From Citromicrobium sp. (GTDB taxonomy: Bacteria; Pseudomonadota; Alphaproteobacteria; Sphingomonadales; Sphingomonadaceae): DNA of 64,000 nt. The DNA is taken from assembly GCA_002729695.1 (NCBI GenBank), contig PBYQ01000035.1, positions 65,344 through 129,343 of the forward strand, written 5' to 3'. Below the pieces are notes generated by a model. It saw nothing but the letters and a program-made list of their open reading frames with translations, ran no database searches and was not told where the DNA came from. Of this stretch, positions 53,854-64,000 are shown piece after piece (positions within the stretch are counted from its first letter, which is position 1; each line of letters starts with the position of its first letter). The position numbers and the translations under genes were made by a program.

Positions 53854-55311
53854 TCAGCTTTCGAGCTGGCGCAGCAGGCTGCGCACGTCGCCGTCCATAT
53901 CGGCATCGCGGGTGCGCAGGTCCTCGATCAGCTTGACCGCGTGGATCACCGTCGAGTGATCGCGCCCGCCGAACTTGCGCCCGATCTCGGGGTAGCTGCG
54001 CGGGGTGAGCACCTTGGACAGGTACATCGCCACCTGACGCGGGCGGACCACCACGCGCGTGCGGCGCTTGCTGCTCATCTCGCTGCGGTCGAGGCGATAG
54101 AACTGGCACACCGTGCGCTGGATCTCGTCGATCGTGATCCGGCGGCGGTTGGCCGAAAGGATATCGGTCAGCTGTTCTTCGGCCAGTTGCAGCGAGACCG
54201 GCTGGCCGGTCAGCTGGGCATAGGCGATCAGCTTGTTGAGACCGCCGACCAGCTCGCGCACGTTGCGGGTAATCGTGCGGGCGAGGAAATCGATCACGTC
54301 GTCGGGCACGCTGAGCGGTGCAAAGCGGGTCAGCTTCGATTCGAGAATAGCGCGGCGAAGTTCCAGATCGGCGGGCTGGATGTCCGCGACCAGACCCATC
54401 GAGAGGCGGCTGAGCAGACGTGGCTCCACGCTGTCGAGTGCCTGCGGCGCACGGTCGGCGGCAAACACCAGTCGCTTGCCCTCCGAAAGCAGGTGATCGA
54501 TCGTGTAAAGCAGCTCTTCCTGCGCGCTCGCCTTGCCGATGATGAACTGCAGATCGTCGACCAGCAGCAGGTCGAACCCACGCAGGCGCGTCTTGAACTC
54601 GATCATCCGGTTCTGCTTCAGCGCCTGGACGAACTCGACCATGAAGCGCTCTGCCGAACAGTAGAAAATCCGGGCGCGCGGGTGCTGGCCAAGGAATTGG
54701 TGGCCGATCGCGTGCAGCAGGTGCGTCTTGCCCTGTCCGGTCGCCGCCTTGATGTAGAGCGGCGAGAATTGCGGCTTGTCGGTCGCCGCCATGCGCTGCG
54801 CGGCATTGCGGGCGAGCACGTTGGCATCGCCGGTGACGAAGGCGGCAAAGGTCAGCGAAGCGTCGAGCCCGACCGAACTGAAGCCCGGATCGCCGAACCC
54901 GCCATCCGAAACCACGCGCAGGTCGGGGCCGTCGCTGGAACCGCCGCGCGAATCGCCCAGCGCGATGTCGGCCATGCGCTTGCGGCTCGGGTGAACCTCG
55001 ATCGCGACTTTCTTGATCTCGGACCGCATGATCTTCCACGCGAGCGAAAGACGATCGGCAAAGTGCTTGCGGACCCATTCGGCGGCGAATTCGGAGGGGA
55101 GGTAGAGCGCCAGGGTGCCGGTGTCGGCATCGAAATCGCCCAGCTGGACCGGCTTGATCCACTGGCTGTGAAGCTGGTGCCCAAGATCCTTTCGCAGGCC
55201 GGCGCTAATATCGTCCCAGTCGGCGGCCAGCGCCACGCGCTCCATGTCGTCTTCGTTGTCGCGCTTGGCGGACTTGCGCGCCGCCCCTGTCGTGTCCGGG
55301 ATTCTCGCCAT
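53854..55311 (-). CDS. dnaA: Chromosomal replication initiator protein DnaA
   Basis: 485 aa. Walker A ATGQGKTHLLHAIG, LLVDDLQF, and the C-terminal DNA-binding domain GGRDHSTVIHA. Confidence 0.97.
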   Translation of the reverse strand: MARIPDTTGAARKSAKRDNEDDMERVALAADWDDISAGLRKDLGHQLHSQWIKPVQLGDFDADTGTLALYLPSEFAAEWVRKHFADRLSLAWKIMRSEIKKVAIEVHPSRKRMADIALGDSRGGSSDGPDLRVVSDGGFGDPGFSSVGLDASLTFAAFVTGDANVLARNAAQRMAATDKPQFSPLYIKAATGQGKTHLLHAIGHQFLGQHPRARIFYCSAERFMVEFVQALKQNRMIEFKTRLRGFDLLLVDDLQFIIGKASAQEELLYTIDHLLSEGKRLVFAADRAPQALDSVEPRLLSRLSMGLVADIQPADLELRRAILESKLTRFAPLSVPDDVIDFLARTITRNVRELVGGLNKLIAYAQLTGQPVSLQLAEEQLTDILSANRRRITIDEIQRTVCQFYRLDRSEMSSKRRTRVVVRPRQVAMYLSKVLTPRSYPEIGRKFGGRDHSTVIHAVKLIEDLRTRDADMDGDVRSLLRQLES

Positions 55312-55467
55312 GATCTGCTAATACGCCTCCGCTTCCGGAAGCGCTGCTGCGCAACCGGACTTTCCCCTTCAAGAACGATGAGTACAGTCGGCCCGTCACC
55401 GCAATCGCGATCGTCGCGCGCGGATTGAACAGGGCCCCCATCGGCTGTCTGCAATTTAAATCCGGAG

Positions 55468-55658
55468 GAGTCCCTTCCCCCGGTGGTGACGATCAATAAG
55501 CAGGTCTGTGACAGAGTCGGCAAGCCGTAAAATCGTAGCAGAACTGAAATAAACCATGTTGACTCTGCGCGGGCCCGCAGGCCCCCGTTTAACTGTCTGT
55601 AAACGCTTAATTTTAGCTATCCGGACCGCTCGAATCGGCGGGTTTCCTTGCTCGAATC
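55468..55658. promoter_or_regulatory. Cluster of five GANTC (CcrM-type) motifs and a 10-bp direct repeat upstream of dnaA
   Basis: GAGTC at 55468 and 55514, GACTC at 55561, GAATC at 55632 and 55654. GCTCGAATCG is repeated at 55628-55637 and 55650-55659. Confidence 0.45.
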
Positions 55659-55691
55659 GCAAGCCGCGCCCTTGGGTTGCAAGGCGCAACG

Positions 55692-55723
55692 AAAAAGGGG
55701 CCGTCGCATGGTGCGACGGCCCC
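55692..55723 (-). terminator. Rho-independent terminator after rpsT
   Basis: Minus strand: GGGGCCGTCGCA-cca-TGCGACGGCCCC followed by TTTTT. Confidence 0.7.
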
Positions 55724-55758
55724 GAAAACGCGGTGCAGCTACCTGCTGGAAAGCAGGA

Positions 55759-56019
55759 TTAGAGAGCGGCGACCCTCTTGGAAAGGCGGCTCATCTTACG
55801 CGACGCAGTGTTCTTGTGGAGAACGCCGCGGGCGACGCCACGGGCCAGTTCGGGCTGGGCGGCACGAAGCGCGTTCTGTGCGGTTTCCTTGTCGCCGCCT
55901 TCGATCGCCTGCTCGACCTTCTTCACGAAGGTGCGGATGCGGCTCATGCGCGAACCGTTGATTTCGGCGCGGCGCGCGTTGCGACGGATGCGTTTGCGGG
56001 CTTGCGGCGTATTGGCCAT
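55759..56019 (-). CDS. rpsT: 30S ribosomal protein S20
   Basis: [36 protein letters not shown]. Confidence 0.93.
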   Translation of the reverse strand: MANTPQARKRIRRNARRAEINGSRMSRIRTFVKKVEQAIEGGDKETAQNALRAAQPELARGVARGVLHKNTASRKMSRLSKRVAAL

Positions 56020-56155
56020 GGTCGTCCTTGTCTCGGGCCGCGAAGTGCGCGGCCAACTGCTCTAAAAATCAATGCCTGAAAGCGGCGATTGTTCGCCGTG
56101 AAGGGCGCGCACATAGTGCCCGGCGCCCGGCTCGTCAAGGAAATTGGCCGGAAGC

Positions 56156-56971
56156 CTACCTCTGGCAGACCGGGCAATACCAGGTGCTGCGTCCGCCCTG
56201 TTCGATCCGCGCGATCCGGCCGTCATCCGCGCGGCGGCAATCCTCGCCGGTGCGGCCATACACCTCGAACCGGGTCGCGAAATAGCCCAGCTCTCCATCG
56301 GGCCGCGCATAGTCGCGCAAGCTCGACCCGCCATCGCGTATCGACTGCTCCAGCACCTCGCGAATCGCGGCAACCAGCCGTTCCAGCGCTGCGAGAGAGA
56401 TTCGTCCGCCGGCACGGCGCGGGCTGATCCGCGCGCGCCACAGCGCCTCGCACACGTAGATATTGCCGAGCCCTGCGACGATTCGCTGATCGAGCAGCAG
56501 CAGCTTGATCGCCTGCCTGCGCCCCGCCAGCGCGGCCTTGAGATAGGCGGCGGTAAGGTCGGGGCCGAGTGGCTCGGGACCAATGCTGACGAAGCTGGGC
56601 CACGAATCGAGCGCGATCGTGTCGACCAGATCGACCCAGCCGAAGCGGCGCGGGTCGTTGAGCGCGAAGCGATTCGTTTCGGTCTCGATCGTCAGGTGGT
56701 CGTGCTGGTCGGGCGAATCGGGATCGATCCGCCACCGCCCGCTCATGCCCAGATGGAAGATCAGCGTCTGGTCGCGGTTCGTATGGATCAGCCCGAACTT
56801 GGCGCGTCGGCCAAGCCCGGTGACCCGCGCGCCGACCAGCGCCTGGCCGAGTCCTTCGGGGAACGGGCGGCGCATGTCGGGCCGCGCGATGCGGACCCCG
56901 GTGAGGATGCGATTTTCGAGATGCAGGGCGAGTCCGCGCACAGTGGTCTCGACCTCGGGTAATTCGGGCAT
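56156..56971 (-). CDS. mutM: Formamidopyrimidine-DNA glycosylase
   Basis: Internal ATG at 56971: MPELPEVETTVRGL, and the C-terminal zinc finger CRRADDGRIARIEQGGRSTWYCPVCQ. Confidence 0.92.
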   Translation of the reverse strand: MPELPEVETTVRGLALHLENRILTGVRIARPDMRRPFPEGLGQALVGARVTGLGRRAKFGLIHTNRDQTLIFHLGMSGRWRIDPDSPDQHDHLTIETETNRFALNDPRRFGWVDLVDTIALDSWPSFVSIGPEPLGPDLTAAYLKAALAGRRQAIKLLLLDQRIVAGLGNIYVCEALWRARISPRRAGGRISLAALERLVAAIREVLEQSIRDGGSSLRDYARPDGELGYFATRFEVYGRTGEDCRRADDGRIARIEQGGRSTWYCPVCQR

Positions 56972-57027
56972 GAATCTGCGGCTATCAGCCTTTGCGCCTC
57001 CGGCAAATCCTCCTAAGGCCCAAACCC

Positions 57028-57783
57028 ATGAGCGATCCTGCACGAAGCCCCTCGGGCGAAACCGTTTCCTTCGGCTACGAAGATGTCGACCCGACCGAGA
57101 AGACAGCCCGCGTCGGCGCGGTGTTCTCCAGTGTCGCGAGCAAGTACGACATCATGAACGATGCGATGTCGGGCGGGATGCACCGGCTGTGGAAGGATCG
57201 CTTCGTGCGCCGGGTCAAGCCGCAACCGGGCGAGTCGATTCTCGACATGGCGGGCGGCACGGGCGACATCGCGTTCCGGATGGCCGATTGCGGCGCTGAC
57301 GTGATCGTATCGGACATCAACCAGGACATGCTCGACGTGGGTGTCGAGCGGGCGATGGAGCGCGGGATCGACGGCCTCGTATGGTCGTGCCAGAACGCCG
57401 AGGAACTGACCTTCACCGACAGGCAGTTCGATGCCTACACGATCGTGTTCGGCATCCGGAACGTGACCCACATCGACAAGGCACTGGCCGAGGCGCATCG
57501 GGTGCTGAAATATGGCGGGCGGTTCTACTGCATGGAGTTTTCCGGCACCGACTGGCCCGGCTTCAGGGAAGTCTACGACGTCTACTCGCACCGGCTTATG
57601 CCCTTGATGGGCAAGCTGATCGCCAATGACGAGGAGAGCTACCGCTACCTCGCCGAATCGATCCGCCGCTTCCCGCGTCCGGTGGAATTCGAGGCGATGA
57701 TCAAGGCGGCAGGCTTCGCCCAGACCCGGGTCGAGATGATCCTTGGCGGGGCGGTGAACATTCATTCGGGGTGGAAGGTCTGA
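57028..57783 (+). CDS. ubiE: Ubiquinone/menaquinone biosynthesis C-methyltransferase UbiE
   Basis: Internal ATG at 57028: VFSSVASKYDIMNDAMSGGMHRLWK, ILDMAGGTGDIA. Confidence 0.92.
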   Translation: MSDPARSPSGETVSFGYEDVDPTEKTARVGAVFSSVASKYDIMNDAMSGGMHRLWKDRFVRRVKPQPGESILDMAGGTGDIAFRMADCGADVIVSDINQDMLDVGVERAMERGIDGLVWSCQNAEELTFTDRQFDAYTIVFGIRNVTHIDKALAEAHRVLKYGGRFYCMEFSGTDWPGFREVYDVYSHRLMPLMGKLIANDEESYRYLAESIRRFPRPVEFEAMIKAAGFAQTRVEMILGGAVNIHSGWKV

Positions 57784-57820
57784 TTTTGTCTCGCTGTGCA
57801 TTTCATGCTTCGCTGATTAC

Positions 57821-57900
57821 GGCACCAGCCCGCACCCCCGCGCGGCCAACCCAACAGGATAATGCCATGGGTTGGTCGGGCGGGGGTGCGGGCCGGCACC
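57821..57900. repeat. REP-like long palindromic element, family A, copy 2
   Basis: CCAGCCCGCACCCCCGCGCGGCCAACCCA...TGGGTTGGTCGGGCGGGGGTGCGGGCCGG. It fills the ubiE-ubiB intergenic gap. Confidence 0.8.
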
Positions 57901-57910
57901 GCCTCGCCCA

Positions 57911-59470
57911 ATGACCCGCCCCGCAACGCATATCTGGCGTCTCCTCAAATGGGGGCGGACCGCCGCACGGCACGGCGCGCTGCGCGGGATCGAGGAAGAC
58001 CCGAACACGCCCGGCCCGGTCAAGCGGCTGGTGAAGCTGGCGCGGTTCGGCACGCGGCAGCCGCCTACCCCTGACTATGCGGGTGCCTTCCGCGCGATCG
58101 GTCCGGCGGCGATCAAGTTGGGCCAGACGCTGGCGACGCGCCCCGATCTGGTCGGCGATGAGGCAGCGCTCAACCTGCTGAGCCTGCAGGACAACCTGCC
58201 GCCGGTCTCGTTCGACCGCCTGCGTCCGGTGATCGAATCGACCTTCGTCCAGCCGGTCGATGCGATGTTCGAATATATCGACCCGAACCCAGTGGGGGCG
58301 GCGTCGATCGCGCAGGTCCATCGCGCGGTGACGACCGACGGACGGCAGGTGGCGGTGAAGATGCTGCGCCCGGGCATCCGCGAACAGTTCGCGCGCGATA
58401 TCGCGACCTATGAATGGGCAGCCGCGCATGTCGAGGCGATGGGCGGGGAAGCGGCCCGGCTGCGCCCCGCGCTGACCATCGCCAATTTCAAGCGCTGGAC
58501 CAATTCGGAACTCGACCTGCGACGCGAAGCCGCCGCCGCGAGCGAGCTGGCCGAGGCGATGAAGGGTTTCCAGGGGTACCGTATCCCGTCGATCGACTGG
58601 GACCGGACCAATGGCCGCGTGCTGACGATCGAATGGATCGACGGCATCAAGATGAGCGATCGCGAAGGGCTGATCGCGGCGGGGCACGATCTGGAGCAAC
58701 TGGCCGAGCGGCTGGTGCTCGCCTTCCTTACTCAGGCGATCAGCTACGGCTATTTCCATGCCGACATGCACCAGGGGAACCTGTTCGTCGAACCCGATGG
58801 GACGATCGCGGCGATCGACTTCGGCATCATGGGCCGGATCGACCGGCGCGCCCGCCAATGGCTCGCGGAAATTCTCTACGGTCTCACGACAGGCAATTAT
58901 CGCCGCGTCGCCGAAATCCATTTCGAGGCGCAATACGTGCCCAGCTATCACTCGGTCGGCGAGTTCGCGACGGCGCTGCGCGCGGTGGGTGAACCGATGC
59001 GCGGCAAGCCGGTCAGCGAACTGAGCGTCGGTCAGATGCTCGACGGGCTGTTCGCGATCACCCGCGACTTCGACATGCAGACCCAGCCGCATCTGCTGCT
59101 GCTGCAAAAGACGATGGTGATGGTCGAAGGCATCGCGACCCAGCTCAATCCGCAGATCAACATGTGGGACGTCTCCGCGCCCTTCGTGCGCAGCTGGATC
59201 CGCGACGAGCTGGGGCCCGAAGCCGCGATCGCCAACCGCTTGCGTGAAGACATCGACACGATCCAGCGCATCCCCGCGCTGATCCGCCGTCTGGAAGAGC
59301 AATACCCGCCGCGCGGCGGTGCGCCCGACCCGCCGCCGCTGCCCGAGATCGAGCTGATGTGGGAGCGCAGGGAGCGCGAGCCCAAGCCCGATCGCATTGG
59401 ACAGCTCGCGCTGCTGCTCGCCGGGGCGGGCGCGATGGCGGCGTTGTTCGCATTCGGAGTGATCGGGTGA
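57911..59470 (+). CDS. ubiB: Ubiquinone biosynthesis regulatory kinase-like protein UbiB (ABC1/ADCK family)
   Basis: Internal ATG at 57911: GPAAIKLGQTLATRPDLVG, AAASIAQVHRA, HADMHQGN, DFGIMG, and a C-terminal TM helix. Confidence 0.9.
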   Translation: MTRPATHIWRLLKWGRTAARHGALRGIEEDPNTPGPVKRLVKLARFGTRQPPTPDYAGAFRAIGPAAIKLGQTLATRPDLVGDEAALNLLSLQDNLPPVSFDRLRPVIESTFVQPVDAMFEYIDPNPVGAASIAQVHRAVTTDGRQVAVKMLRPGIREQFARDIATYEWAAAHVEAMGGEAARLRPALTIANFKRWTNSELDLRREAAAASELAEAMKGFQGYRIPSIDWDRTNGRVLTIEWIDGIKMSDREGLIAAGHDLEQLAERLVLAFLTQAISYGYFHADMHQGNLFVEPDGTIAAIDFGIMGRIDRRARQWLAEILYGLTTGNYRRVAEIHFEAQYVPSYHSVGEFATALRAVGEPMRGKPVSELSVGQMLDGLFAITRDFDMQTQPHLLLLQKTMVMVEGIATQLNPQINMWDVSAPFVRSWIRDELGPEAAIANRLREDIDTIQRIPALIRRLEEQYPPRGGAPDPPPLPEIELMWERREREPKPDRIGQLALLLAGAGAMAALFAFGVIG

Positions 59471-60738
59471 TGGAAAGCGCGGCAGGCCTCAAGATCCTGC
59501 TGATTATCGGCGGCGGGATTGCCGCGTACAAATCGTGCGAACTGGTCCGCCTGATCCGCAAGAACGGCGGCGATGTGACCTGCGTGCTGACCGAGGGCGG
59601 ATCGCATTTCGTCACCCCGATGACGCTCGCCGCGCTCAGCGAAAACCCCGTCCACCAGACGCTGTGGGACCTCAGGAACGAGGTCGAGATGGGGCACATC
59701 CAGCTCAGCCGCGAGGCGGACCTGATCGTGGTCTGCCCGGCGACCGCGAACATGCTCGCCAAGATGGCGGCGGGGATCGCGGACGATCTGGCGACCACGT
59801 TGCTCCTCGCGACCGATACGCCGGTGATGGCGGTGCCCGCAATGAACGTGCGCATGTGGAGCCACGCGGCGACGCAGGCCAATGTCGCCACGCTGCGCGA
59901 AGCCGGCGTGATGGTGCTGCAGCCCGACGAAGGCCCGATGGCTTGCGGCGAATACGGCGCGGGTCGCCTGCCGGAGCCCGAGGCGATCTGGGATGCGATA
60001 ACCCGGTGGGTGGGCGGCGGTGCAGGTCTGGCCCCATATCCTGAACCAACAACGCAGGACGGTTACCAGCCGGGTCCACTCGGGGGCCGCCACGTGCTCG
60101 TCACCGCAGGGCCGACCCACGAACCGATCGATCCTGTGCGCTACATCGCCAACCGGTCGAGCGGGAAGCAGGGCTTTGCGATTGCCGCCGCCGCCGCTGG
60201 TGCCGGTGCGCGGGTCACGCTGATCGCCGGGCCGGTGGAGTTGACGACCCCCGCGGGTGTCTCGCGGATCGACGTGCAGACCGCGCGCGAGATGCATCAG
60301 GCGGTGCAATCCGCGCTTCCGGCAGATGTTGCGGTGATGACTGCTGCCGTCGCCGACTGGCGCGCAAGCGATGTTATCGATCAGAAACTCAAGAAAAGCG
60401 CGGCGGCTCCGCCCGCGCTGCGGCTGGAAGAAAACCCCGATATCCTCGCCTCGCTGGGCGCTTCGGATATGCGGCCGACGCTGCTAATCGGCTTCGCGGC
60501 GGAGACGGAGAATGTCCTCGACAACGCGCAGGCCAAGCGGATGCGCAAGAATGCCGACTGGATCGTCGCCAACGATGTGTCGGGCGGGGTCGGCCAGAGC
60601 GTGATGGGCGGCGCGGACAACCGCGTCCATCTCGTCACCGAACGCGGGATCGAGGACTGGCCCGAGATGCCGAAGGATCGAGTCGCGGCGCGGCTGGTCG
60701 AAAGGATCGCCGCGGCGATGGAGAACGGGAATGACTGA
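59470..60738 (+). CDS. coaBC: Bifunctional phosphopantothenoylcysteine decarboxylase / phosphopantothenate-cysteine ligase
   Basis: Internal ATG at 59470 (overlaps the ubiB stop): [25 protein letters not shown]-like [10 protein letters not shown]. Confidence 0.92.
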   Translation: MESAAGLKILLIIGGGIAAYKSCELVRLIRKNGGDVTCVLTEGGSHFVTPMTLAALSENPVHQTLWDLRNEVEMGHIQLSREADLIVVCPATANMLAKMAAGIADDLATTLLLATDTPVMAVPAMNVRMWSHAATQANVATLREAGVMVLQPDEGPMACGEYGAGRLPEPEAIWDAITRWVGGGAGLAPYPEPTTQDGYQPGPLGGRHVLVTAGPTHEPIDPVRYIANRSSGKQGFAIAAAAAGAGARVTLIAGPVELTTPAGVSRIDVQTAREMHQAVQSALPADVAVMTAAVADWRASDVIDQKLKKSAAAPPALRLEENPDILASLGASDMRPTLLIGFAAETENVLDNAQAKRMRKNADWIVANDVSGGVGQSVMGGADNRVHLVTERGIEDWPEMPKDRVAARLVERIAAAMENGND

Positions 60739-61189
60739 TACGGTGGGCGTGGCGATCAAGCGGCTGGAGCATGGCGAGGGCTTGCCGCTGCCCGTCTATG
60801 CCACCGAAGGCGCTGCCGGGATGGACGTGTGCGCGGCAGAGGACGTCGAGCTGGCTCCGGGCGCGCGCCATGCGGTCGCGACGGGCTTCGCGGTCGCGAT
60901 CCCCGATGGCTACGAAATTCAGGTGCGCCCGCGATCCGGTCTGGCGTTCAAGCACGGGATCACCGTGCCCAATACGCCGGGTACGATCGATTCGGATTAT
61001 CGCGGCGAGCTGAAAGTCTTGCTGATCAATCATGGGAGCGAGAGCTTCCCGGTCCACCGGGGCGAGCGGATCGGTCAGCTGGTGCTGGCGCCCGTTACCC
61101 GCGCCGCATTCACCGAAGTGGACGATCTGGATGAAACCGAGCGCGGCAGCGGCGGCTTCGGGTCGACCGGCGGCCACGCCAAGCTTTAG
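60731..61189 (+). CDS. dut: dUTP diphosphatase
   Basis: [35 protein letters not shown]. Confidence 0.93.
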   Translation: MTDTVGVAIKRLEHGEGLPLPVYATEGAAGMDVCAAEDVELAPGARHAVATGFAVAIPDGYEIQVRPRSGLAFKHGITVPNTPGTIDSDYRGELKVLLINHGSESFPVHRGERIGQLVLAPVTRAAFTEVDDLDETERGSGGFGSTGGHAKL

Positions 61190-61212
61190 GGCGAAAACCC
61201 GCGCTCTCGACG

Positions 61213-61252
61213 CAAACGAAAATGGCCGGCCCGAGATGATCGGACCGGCCAT
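61213..61252 (-). terminator. Rho-independent terminator after the 61276..61941 lipoprotein gene
   Basis: Minus strand: ATGGCCGGTCCGA-tcatc-TCGGGCCGGCCAT followed by TTTCGTTTG. Confidence 0.55.
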
Positions 61253-61275
61253 CGGAAACGTGGTGAGTGTGCGCC

Positions 61276-61941
61276 CTACTGATCTTCGGGCTTGATCGAA
61301 ATCCGCACGGTTTCGCCCGAGTTGCCGGGGAAGCCGGTGAACATCGCGTCGACCAGGTTCGGCACCAGGTATTGCAGGTGGTTGCTGCGCGACATGGCTT
61401 CCGCCGTGCCTTCGAACACGCGCTCCCCGGTCCGGCGATCGTCGATCTTCAGGTCGATATCGCTGGTATAGACCGTGTAGCTGCGGACGTCGGAATCGCT
61501 GAACCACGGATCGTAGAAGCCGTAGCCCCAGTCGCGGTTGCGAACCGCGATGACCCGTCCGTCGCGCGTGCGATACAGCGTCGGGCGATACCGATACCAG
61601 GGATCGTAGAACGGATCGCGGAAGCCGGTGCTGACAACGCGCTCGCGCCCGTTGTCGACGTTGTAGTCGAAGCTCACCAGCAGGTCGGCTGTCTCGGGAT
61701 TGCCGGGCACGTAGCCGACTTCGGCCATCTTCTGCGCGACGAGATCGGCATAGTGGCCGAATTCGATTCCGCCTGCCAGTTCCGGATTATCAGCCACGAC
61801 GGCGAAAGTCTGGCCCTGCGGTGCAGGCAACTGCGCCTGGAAGCGCGAGACATCGGCCTGGAAGCCGGTCGTGCAAGCGGCGACACCGCCGCCGAGCAGA
61901 CCCAGCGCGCCCAAGGCCGCGAGAAATTTGCGTTTTTTCAT
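61276..61941 (-). CDS. DUF4136-like lipoprotein (paralog of 20989..21600)
   Basis: Lipobox in MKKRKFLAALGALGLLGGGVAAC. C-terminal [18 protein letters not shown] is shared with the other copy. Confidence 0.75.
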   Translation of the reverse strand: MKKRKFLAALGALGLLGGGVAACTTGFQADVSRFQAQLPAPQGQTFAVVADNPELAGGIEFGHYADLVAQKMAEVGYVPGNPETADLLVSFDYNVDNGRERVVSTGFRDPFYDPWYRYRPTLYRTRDGRVIAVRNRDWGYGFYDPWFSDSDVRSYTVYTSDIDLKIDDRRTGERVFEGTAEAMSRSNHLQYLVPNLVDAMFTGFPGNSGETVRISIKPEDQ

Positions 61942-62079
61942 AGTTTCGCCCCTTGCGAAGGGGATGCGCCCGGTTGGGGTGCTCCCCGATCCATCAGACC
62001 TGAACTACTATAACAATCCGCCTGAACCACCCTTTAACTAACTGAGGTCCTTTCGGTTTCCGCTGACAAGGCAGGCAGG

Positions 62080-63096
62080 TTACCCCCTTACCAGACCCAG
62101 CGCGTCATAGGTCGCTGCAAGCGTGGGTACGGCCCGCTCTCGCGCCAGCGCCGCACCGCGCGCCAGAATGGCGTCGAGCGCCTCGCGGTCGCCAACCAGT
62201 TCGCGAAACCGCGAAGAGATCGGGGCGAGGGTTTCCACCATCAGTTCGGCCAGCGAGGGCTTCAACGCGCCGAAGCCCTGCCCGCCGAAAGTGGCCAGAA
62301 CCTGATCGGCGGTTTCTCCCGCAAGCGCGGCGTAGATCGTCACGAGGTTGAGCGCCTCCGGACGGTCTTCCAGCCCCGCGACTTCGGAAGGGAGGGCGTC
62401 GGCGTCCGACTTCGCCTTCTTGACCTTCTTCATGATCGTGTCGGCATCGTCAGCCAGTTCGATCCGGCTCATGTCTGAGGGATCGGACTTGCTCATCTTC
62501 TTCGAACCGTCGCGCAAGCTCATGATCCGCGCGGCCTGCGGCGGGATGTAGGGATCGGGCAGGGTGAATAGCGGTGCATCCGCCGCGCAGAAATCGTTGT
62601 TGAACTTCTGCGCGATGTCGCGGGCCAGCTCCAGGTGCTGCTTCTGGTCCTCGCCCACCGGAACGTGGGTCGCCTGGTACAGCAGCACGTCGGCGGCCTG
62701 CAGGACCGGGTAGGAAAACAGCGCGACCGAGGCGCCTTCACGGTTCTTGCCCGCCTTGTCCTTCCACTGCGTCATCCGGTTCAACCAACCCATCCGGGCG
62801 GTGCCGTTGAGCAGCCATTGCAGTTCCACGTGTTGCGGAACCTGCGCCTGGTTGAACAGGATCGAACGCGCCGGATCGATTCCGCACGCGATCAGTGCCG
62901 CCGCCATTTCCAGCGTTCCCCGGCGCAGCTCCGCCGGGTCGTGCGGCATGGAGATCGCGTGCATGTCGGCGAGGAAGAACAGGCATTCGCTGCCTTCGTC
63001 GAGCTCGTCCTGCATCCGCACCCAGTTGCGGATCGCGCCGAGGTAATTGCCAAGGTGGAGGTTGCCGGTGGGCTGAATGCCCGAAACGATGCGCAT
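62080..63096 (-). CDS. trpS: Tryptophan--tRNA ligase
   Basis: [21 protein letters not shown] (HIGH-type motif) and KMSKS. Confidence 0.95.
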   Translation of the reverse strand: MRIVSGIQPTGNLHLGNYLGAIRNWVRMQDELDEGSECLFFLADMHAISMPHDPAELRRGTLEMAAALIACGIDPARSILFNQAQVPQHVELQWLLNGTARMGWLNRMTQWKDKAGKNREGASVALFSYPVLQAADVLLYQATHVPVGEDQKQHLELARDIAQKFNNDFCAADAPLFTLPDPYIPPQAARIMSLRDGSKKMSKSDPSDMSRIELADDADTIMKKVKKAKSDADALPSEVAGLEDRPEALNLVTIYAALAGETADQVLATFGGQGFGALKPSLAELMVETLAPISSRFRELVGDREALDAILARGAALARERAVPTLAATYDALGLVRG

Positions 63097-63297
63097 GGCT
63101 ATGGCTCTTTTTTGATAATTCGAACGGAAAACGGGCGTGGTGCCGGGTTGTCCCGGCAGGTCAGGTCAGGCGTGCGCAAGCCATCGCCAGGCCGCCCGCC
63201 CGCCGATCGCGAAACGGCGCGGGGCCGCAGTGCTGGGGGCATGGTGTCCGTTCATCGCCGCGAGCATTATCACACGCGGGCTTTTCGGCAAGGTCGC

Positions 63298-64000
63298 CTA
63301 TTCCGAAAGATCGACGACCTTCTTTGCGGGGCGACGGCGCACTTGTGCGATCAGGTCCTTGTCGAGCGCGCCGAGCAGGAAGGCCGCGCCGAAAAACACG
63401 ATTGCGCCTGCCAGCGTGATCGCGAGGAGCGACCAGACGCGTTCGAAGGCATTGCCCGTCCAGAAGGGCATCAGCGCAGGGGTCAGGTACCAGAGCATCG
63501 CTCCCATGACCGCGGTCGCCGCAATCTGGCGGGCGATGCGGCTTGCCAGCTTGGCGGTGAAGCGGAACCAGCCGCGCAGCTGCAGGATGATGCACAGGGT
63601 AATGACGTTGAGCGAGGCGCTGATCGCGGTCGCCGCCGCCAGCCCGACGATGCCGTAGCGCGGCACGACGTAGAAGTTGAGCGAGATGTTGAATGCCAGC
63701 GCGCCCGCCGCCACGAACACCGGCGTGCGGGTATCCTCGCGGCTGAAGAACGCGGGCTGGAACACCTTGATCAGCACGTAGGCGGGCAATCCCGCGACCA
63801 GCGCGATCACGATCTGGCCCATCAGCAGCGTATCGTCGAGCGTCATCTTGCCGCCCTGGAACAGGCCGGTCGAAAAGGCCTCGGCGCAGATCGACAGCGC
63901 CACCGCGCAAGGCAGCGTCAGAAGCGTGCCGATCTCGACCGCGTTTGCCTGCAGGCGCTGCGCTTCGCTCCGGTTGTCGCTCTGGATATGGCGTGCCAGC
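63298..64000 (-). CDS. murJ: Lipid II flippase MurJ, C-terminal part (5' end beyond the window)
   Basis: The frame stays open upstream of the track start at 63903, through to position 64000 (own translation ...LARHIQSDNRSEAQRLQANAVEIGTLLTLPCAV-ALSICAEAF...). Polytopic MviN/MurJ-like C-terminus. Confidence 0.85.
   Translation of the reverse strand, partial: LARHIQSDNRSEAQRLQANAVEIGTLLTLPCAVALSICAEAFSTGLFQGGKMTLDDTLLMGQIVIALVAGLPAYVLIKVFQPAFFSREDTRTPVFVAAGALAFNISLNFYVVPRYGIVGLAAATAISASLNVITLCIILQLRGWFRFTAKLASRIARQIAATAVMGAMLWYLTPALMPFWTGNAFERVWSLLAITLAGAIVFFGAAFLLGALDKDLIAQVRRRPAKKVVDLSE

Noticed and set aside
55312-55758. Possible oriC in the dnaA upstream region
   Set aside because: There is no match to TTATCCACA better than about 5/9, no AT-rich 13-mer array, and the region contains the rpsT terminator. 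In alphaproteobacteria the origin is usually not next to dnaA. I kept only the GANTC observation.
1-64000. Scan for CRISPR arrays, rRNA and tRNA genes, including the island junctions
   Set aside because: I saw no array of 25-40-bp repeats with spacers; the only tandem repeats are 9-12 bp with 2-3 units. I recognised no rRNA-like stretch and no tRNA-like acceptor or T-arm sequence at 35400-35960 or 45800-46000. This was a by-eye scan, so tRNAscan or Infernal should confirm it.

Overview
High-G+C chromosomal window, probably from an alphaproteobacterium (Sphingomonadales-like; inferred from gene content and repeat families, not searched). Most of it is tightly packed housekeeping genes: ftsH, rpoZ, dnaB, cdd, rpmJ, rpmH-rnpA-yidD-yidC-engB, dapE, nth, dapB, cobB, dnaA, rpsT, mutM, ubiE-ubiB-coaBC-dut, trpS and murJ. 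There are also a BigR/SqrR-like sulfide-response locus, an acyl-CoA metabolism cluster, an N-terminal-nucleophile (Ntn) acylase and several secreted or hypothetical proteins. The one clear accessory region is a ~10.5 kb island (35485-45982) with lower G+C, bounded by 16-bp direct repeats (15/16 identical) and inserted into the 3' end of a cupin gene. The island carries two overlapping tandem tyrosine integrases, a Hen1/Pnkp RNA-repair cassette, and a two-gene operon of an AAA+ ATPase plus a cytoplasmic S8 subtilase. That pair has the architecture of the IetA/IetS anti-phage system, whose mechanism is unknown. The two cassettes converge and their stop codons share one TTAA. I found no rRNA, tRNA or CRISPR. 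Two families of structured REP-like repeats occur (2 and 3 copies). Several candidate operators are visible: LacI-type boxes, a BigR-type inverted repeat, a GGGTGACAC cluster, and a GANTC cluster upstream of dnaA. Many long ORFs in the track are antisense shadows typical of GC-rich DNA and were rejected. All calls rest on reading the translations and the sequence; no database search was possible.
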